Source: Antedon mediterranea (taxonomy: Eukaryota; Animalia; Echinodermata). Taken from it: DNA of 64,000 nt. Where the stretch lies: assembly GCF_964355755.1 (NCBI RefSeq), contig NC_092673.1, positions 2,728,001 to 2,792,000 on the forward strand, in the 5' to 3' direction. Every line of letters starts with the position of its first letter. Position 1 is the stretch's first letter. Both the position numbers and the translations under genes were made by a program. Under the pieces are notes generated by a model. That model did not search any database. It was not told the DNA's origin and saw only the letters and a program-made list of their open reading frames with translations. Shown piece after piece: positions 52,085 through 64,000 of the stretch.

Positions 52085-54833
52085 GCCTTGTCTAAACCAC
52101 CACACTGTATGCGACAACAAAATGTGATGTGCCCATATTTGGACATGATGTCATATCACTCCCATATTTGGGCACGTCACACTTTTTTTGTCAAAACTAG
52201 TTTGATAGTGTAGACAGAGCTTTAGTCACAGACAAAACTCTACAAGTTAAGGAATGTGCACATTTTGAATTTAGTTTGGTTATTGTAAAAATACCGAAAA
52301 TGTTATTGCTTACAGTTTGTATTAATGGAATAAAATAAAAGAAAATTAAGTATTATTAACCTTCTAATTAAAATCCTAGGGATTTATGGACATTTTGACT
52401 GTAAATTAATTACAATTTACAGTATATTTAATTGAAATACCTTGAATTAAATTGAAATATAGAATTTAGTCTAAATGATATATGAATTAAACTATAGTAA
52501 ACAAATACTAAAGTTGATTTTTGTTTGAAATTGTTTTCTTATTATATTCAAATTTAACCAACAATAAAATATAAATAACCTTCTTTGCCAAAGCAAATGT
52601 TTCGAGTCCTGCTGAAGTGATTTTATTTAGGTTACATACCAGTTATTGACAAAAAACACAATCGATCAACAACATCAAAATTAAGAGTCTATATTTAATT
52701 GTCACTTCGGAAAACGTGGTTCACAGTATTTTATTTTTGTTTTTTTGAGTCATTCAAAAATCAAATGGCACAAAATTAAACAGAACAAAAAAAATATCTT
52801 ATAGTTTAATGTTATTTTAATAAACTTAAAAAACTAAATTTTATCATAAATACATTATTATAATAATGTACCAGATTTTATGTTTTGTTTATTGGGAGAT
52901 AAGAGTATAATAAATCCCAGTGACTATGATAAATACAGAGGCTCTGGAAAATACATTTCTTGGTACCATTCTCATACTCCTAAAGAGCAATATACAGTGA
53001 ATTGCATATTTATATGCAATAAGTAGCAAAATATTATTAAATGTAAATATATACGACTCATAATATAAAGATAATTACCCTCCGTTTACAAAATCAATCA
53101 ATTGCTTTCTTCTTAAATCAAATTCGTAATAGATCACTTTAGGAAAATCCCTTGTAAAGTTTGATTCTCACTAGGACGCAACGCAGTGAAATGACCAATC
53201 ACAATGAAATAATTTGAATGATCATGATTGGTCAAATTACTTTTATCCTTGTGGGAACCAAGCTTATTGTATGCGTATAAGGGAATTCCCCATATGTACA
53301 ATAAAACAATGAAAAAACTTGTTTCTACCTTTAAAGGGGAATTCCGGGTTTCAAATTCATATTGCTTAATATACAATATAAGGATTTATAATTATATTTA
53401 TAATAACACCCTATATTTTCAGAAAAGGGTGAATCAGGTTTTGTAACAAATTGGTGTTACAGGACCTATTGTTAAAAATATAAATTGTAAACTCGGAGCT
53501 ACCCTTTAAGGTATTTATTTGACTCAATAGATGTATTTAACTTACACTAAAAAACACCTTGCAGTGATCTGCTCCCACTGTTGGCATATATACAGCAAGG
53601 AGTTTGAGGAGCTAGATCATCTGCTCAAAACAGCCCAGTCAAATACTCATCAGTTAACACCTCTGCTTTTTAAATTTTGTGTTTAACACTCCTATTCAAA
53701 GTATTTTGGTTGCAACGTACTAAACTGTGACCAAGTGATATTTATGCGTGGTTCCCACTAGAGACGCAACACGAAACGTATGGGATTTAACCAGTTACAG
53801 GCGATAAATTATTTGATGTGTAGCTTATCATTGGTCAACTCGCTTGCGTTGCATCCTAGTGGGAACCAAGCTTTACTCTCACTTTTATCAGATGTTAATT
53901 TTGGTAGTGGTATCACACACTATGCTCATGAAATTGTGACGAGTCAAAAAAAAAAAAAAAAATTTATAATATCTTTAAATTGAAGTGTGCCACGAAGTCA
54001 CCCCATGGCAGGAAAAGTATCAAATTAAAAAATACATATATTTGTATAATTTGTTGTACATACTACTAAAACAACAAATCTAAGGTCAAAAGATCAAAGT
54101 TCAATAATTGACCTTTTAACCTTAGAATTCTCTATACCAATGATCACAGACATAATGGAATGACGTTCATCTTGTCATACAAAAAAGCATCTTAAACGGG
54201 AATATTTATATATGCGGAAAACAATTAAAGCAGACAATGTAAAAAATTGTCGTCAAAGTTCAAATAAAACAAGACGCACAAACTGGTTTAAAATGGATTA
54301 TGTATTTCTGTTGAGTTTAAGGATTGAGATAAACTACAAATGGTATATATACCCACAATGCATTGTCAGTAATTAGGTATTGTTTACATGAATATTTCAA
54401 ATATAATAATCTTTGGCCACTTATGGCTACAGGTATTTAGGTCCTCATTTTCATACACGTTGTAGAAAAATTAACATCGCAAAGTTAATATCTTGGGTAT
54501 CAGAAAGCAAAGACAATAATAGCAGTCAGGGAGATTTGAACCCCCACAGGATATTAGTGAATTGTCAAAGTTGGTGAAGCATGACCAACATAAAAAATTG
54601 GTTATCCACTTCAAAATTCTTATGTTCTGGTAAGTGGAAATTATCGGCCAATATGTGAGATGCTCGGCAGCCAATAGATGCCACATAAGATTTAGTATTG
54701 TGTGTTTGTAACTGGTTTTAAATACGACTGTTATGATGTTTCTGAAATTCTTGTGAGCTCTATATTTTAGGCATAAGGATGATACAACCAATATGGTCAT
54801 TCACGATAAACTCCTCACCTTCATAAAGGTTAT

Positions 54834-61151
<6,318 letters not shown>

Positions 61152-62079
61152 TTTCGACTATTTTTAAAATTTTTCTTCTATAAAAAGTTACTACCGACAA
61201 GTCAATTGATAAATAATTAAAATATGTGTACAACAGTTTAGTGGCAACAGACTGCCACCGATATCAGTGTTTTTATCAGTTTTAGATCTAAGCCTACACA
61301 CCAAGAAATTTACAGTATGAAAACAGCTGGTGTTCTTGATCTATACACAACACAGGCAATATCGACCTATCCCACGCACAGGCAGACAGACAGAGGAGAC
61401 ACACACAGGCGTTTGCGGTAAAACGACCAAAATGTATTCCTACCTTCGTGACAAACACGGGGCGGGAAAACGATACACTGAAAAGCTTACGAACGATAAT
61501 TTTGTTGGACAAAATGTCTTATAATCAACCTACTTTACAAGATGGTTGTTTACGTACATATTATTCTGACAAATTGTTATTTCACAATTTTTAGCAACAA
61601 AGCATGACAGAAACACCATGAACAAAATTTCGTACATGTGATGAAAGGATGTCGTGAGCGCCCTTACGTCATAAGGCCCATTAACTTGTGTCTAGGGGTG
61701 AAATAAAAGTGCTATACTATTATAAAATTAAAACAAATTATATTATCCATTTACATTTATACTAACTCCTTTATAACACATTATAAAATAAATAATACAT
61801 CTATTAATAATATAAGTAATGATAATAATATTGTATTATAAATAAGTATATTTCCTTATTACATAAAATAAAAATGGAATGTCTCAAAAGACCAAATTTT
61901 CTAACGCCCTCTATGTTATTTAAATTTATCAAAACGAGGTCGAGGTGAAAAATATTACTTCCGGGGTATTTTCGAAAGTAAACATTGGAGCATGTTCATT
62001 TCTCTCGATTAACAAAATGTGGACCAAGAATATGTTTTAAATGTTTATTGTGAAATAATGTCAGTAAATAAAGGCTAAT
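61152..62079. promoter_or_regulatory. Putative bidirectional promoter between eRF1 and PSTK
   Basis: Divergent start codons ~930 bp apart; ETS/GABP-like ACTTCCGG (~61957), YY1-like CAAGATGG (~61538), CRE-like TTACGTCA (~61664). Confidence 0.55.
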
Positions 62080-63758
62080 ATGACACGAAAGTGTTTAATA
62101 ATTATTCTATGTGGTATTCCAGCAGTAGGAAAATCAACGTTCGCAATAGATTTATTAGAAAAATTAAAAACCAATGATGCTGATGAGCTTAGAAAAGTAG
62201 CCACTACGTGGGTTTGTTTTGATGATATTATCCCAAACGATGGTCTTGATGTAGAGTATCTGGTGTCAAATCCAAACGATGTAAGGGCCTAGAGTTTTTA
62301 CTAATTTATTAGTAAAAAATGTGTATGATATTAATGCATAATATAATAATATAATACTGCTTTACTGTTCGGGAGATGCGGAGCATTGTTTGTAATATCC
62401 TTCGTGATTCGTAATATCCTTCGTAATTCGTAATATTGCAGGATCCTTCAGATGAGATGTTGAGCAGTTCAAACAACCATGTATGCATGTGAAAAATAAA
62501 CTTTCATACTAATATTATTTAATCAGTATTTTTAAAATGTTCTATTATCTGGTTACAGGAATCAAAGCGTCATGGGATTTGGAAAGAATATCGAATAAGT
62601 ATACTAAGAACAGTTGATGAGATTATATCCAAGATTGTTAAAGATGGTGCGCCACTATTGACTGAACAACCAGAACAAGATGATGGAACGGACAATATTT
62701 ATAAATATGTACGAACGAAAGTCCAGAAGCAGTTCAAATCAAGCTTACAAAAATTTCTCAAAACGAATGGATGTAGTTGTAGTGACAGTAAAGATGAAAA
62801 TTATGAGATGGGGACATTTTTGGATCAAGATGTTTTAAATAATACCAATTTTATCTTTATTTTAGATGATAATTTTTATTACAAAAGTATGAGATATCAA
62901 TATTTTCAAATTTGTAAAAAATGTAAGTATAGTACATACAATGTTAACTTTTGACTTATAATTATTTTAAAGTAAGAAAAATCATTTTCTCAACACTTTA
63001 TCTTCTTTTTTGGTTTCAGATAGTATTTCTTTTTGTCAGATTCAAATTAATTGTCCACTAGAAGTTGCTGTCATCAGGAATCGCTCACGAAGAAGCAGAG
63101 TTGCAGATGACACAATCATTGACATGGCAACTAGATTTGAAGCACTAAGTGGCAGCGGCAAAGATTCCTGGGAAATGATGTCAATTGAAATAGATGGCAG
63201 TAAAGAACTGACTGAAGACACTTGGTAATTCAGGCAATCAATGCATACTGCACATAATTATTTTCACACAATGCTTTGGTTTTGTCATTCTTTACAATTG
63301 CACACCGTCTAAACTCTTAACATTAACAATCTTTCGCATAGCATATGAATGATGTAATTTCCACCTAGTTCGAGCCTTGTGGTTGTAACGCTTTAGAGAA
63401 AATTTATTTAAGTGCTATACAAAAGACAATTAGTATTATTTAATCCAATCCAACTTTGGATACTTAGCGAGAATATATTAAATGGGTGTGCTACTGTACA
63501 CCTAGGTTTATTGTTATCATTACCATACCCAGTCTGTCTAAACCTAACCCTAAAGATAATCTCAGCCATTTGAACAATCTTCTGCAATAAAACATATTTA
63601 CATAGAAAATTAGTATTAAGTATGTGTGTATGTAGTATGTCTTCATGTAGTTTTCTTTGTTCCAATTATTTTTGTATAGGCTTACTGTTTTTGCATTGGT
63701 ACAAAAAGCATGGTCTCATCCAGTACCACCAGTTGAAGTTGAAGACCATCTACAAAAA
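62080..63758 (+). CDS. PSTK: L-seryl-tRNA(Sec) kinase, 3'-partial. Exons 62080-62280, 62559-62922, 63020-63224, 63680-63758; continues beyond the window
   Basis: P-loop LCGIPAVGKST, CFDDIIP, ILDDNFYYKSMRY and CPLEVAVIRNRSR are diagnostic of PSTK within the KTI12/PSTK family. Confidence 0.88.
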
Positions 63759-63811
63759 GTCTGTTTAGAAATTATATTATAAGATTATTATCAGATTTGA
63801 ATTAAATATGA

Positions 63812-63890
63812 GTGGAGTTGTGGCTTGGTGGTTATGATGCTTGGCTACCAATCCAAGGGTCCTGGGTTCGAATCCTGTCATAAATCACAA
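63812..63890 (+). mobile_element. tRNA-derived SINE head in a PSTK intron
   Basis: A-box TGGCTTGGTGG and B-box GGTTCGAATCC; acceptor stem does not pair well; followed by non-tRNA body sequence. Confidence 0.6.
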
Positions 63891-64000
63891 ATTACAACTG
63901 CACTCACAAAGACTTGTAATAAGACTTTGTGTATGGGAGCATCTTGTGTATTTGTGTCTTACAAAACAATATAATTAATTTAAAGTTAAATGATAGTGAT

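Noticed and set aside
63812-63890. Possible tRNA gene, tempting as tRNA-Sec inside PSTK
   Set aside because: No UCA anticodon or long variable arm and a poor acceptor stem; fits a tRNA-derived SINE head.

Overview
AT-rich, intron-containing animal genomic DNA; a marine invertebrate such as an echinoderm is likely, but that is inference only. Gene order: the 3' end of a coiled-coil + CCHC zinc-finger gene (+); two tandem proteinase-K/aqualysin-like S8A secreted subtilases, A1 and A2 (-); WDR91 (+, 16 coding exons, one U12 AT-AC intron); two more tandem S8A subtilases, B1 and B2 (+); eRF1/ETF1 (-); and PSTK (+, runs off the window), head-to-head with eRF1. Each protease pair arose from its own tandem segmental duplication, and the duplicates show directional protein divergence (a charge shift in A, substrate-cleft changes in B). 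Non-coding DNA is dense in mobile elements: a CR1/L2-type LINE, an RTE fragment, a Penelope-like repeat with a minimal hammerhead ribozyme motif, Harbinger/hAT/MULE/Kolobok/mariner-type MITEs, a DINE-1-like Helentron, a head-to-tail dimer of a foldback element, and several minisatellites. Exon structures were read by eye from GT-AG (and AT-AC) signals and protein motifs; no database search was run.
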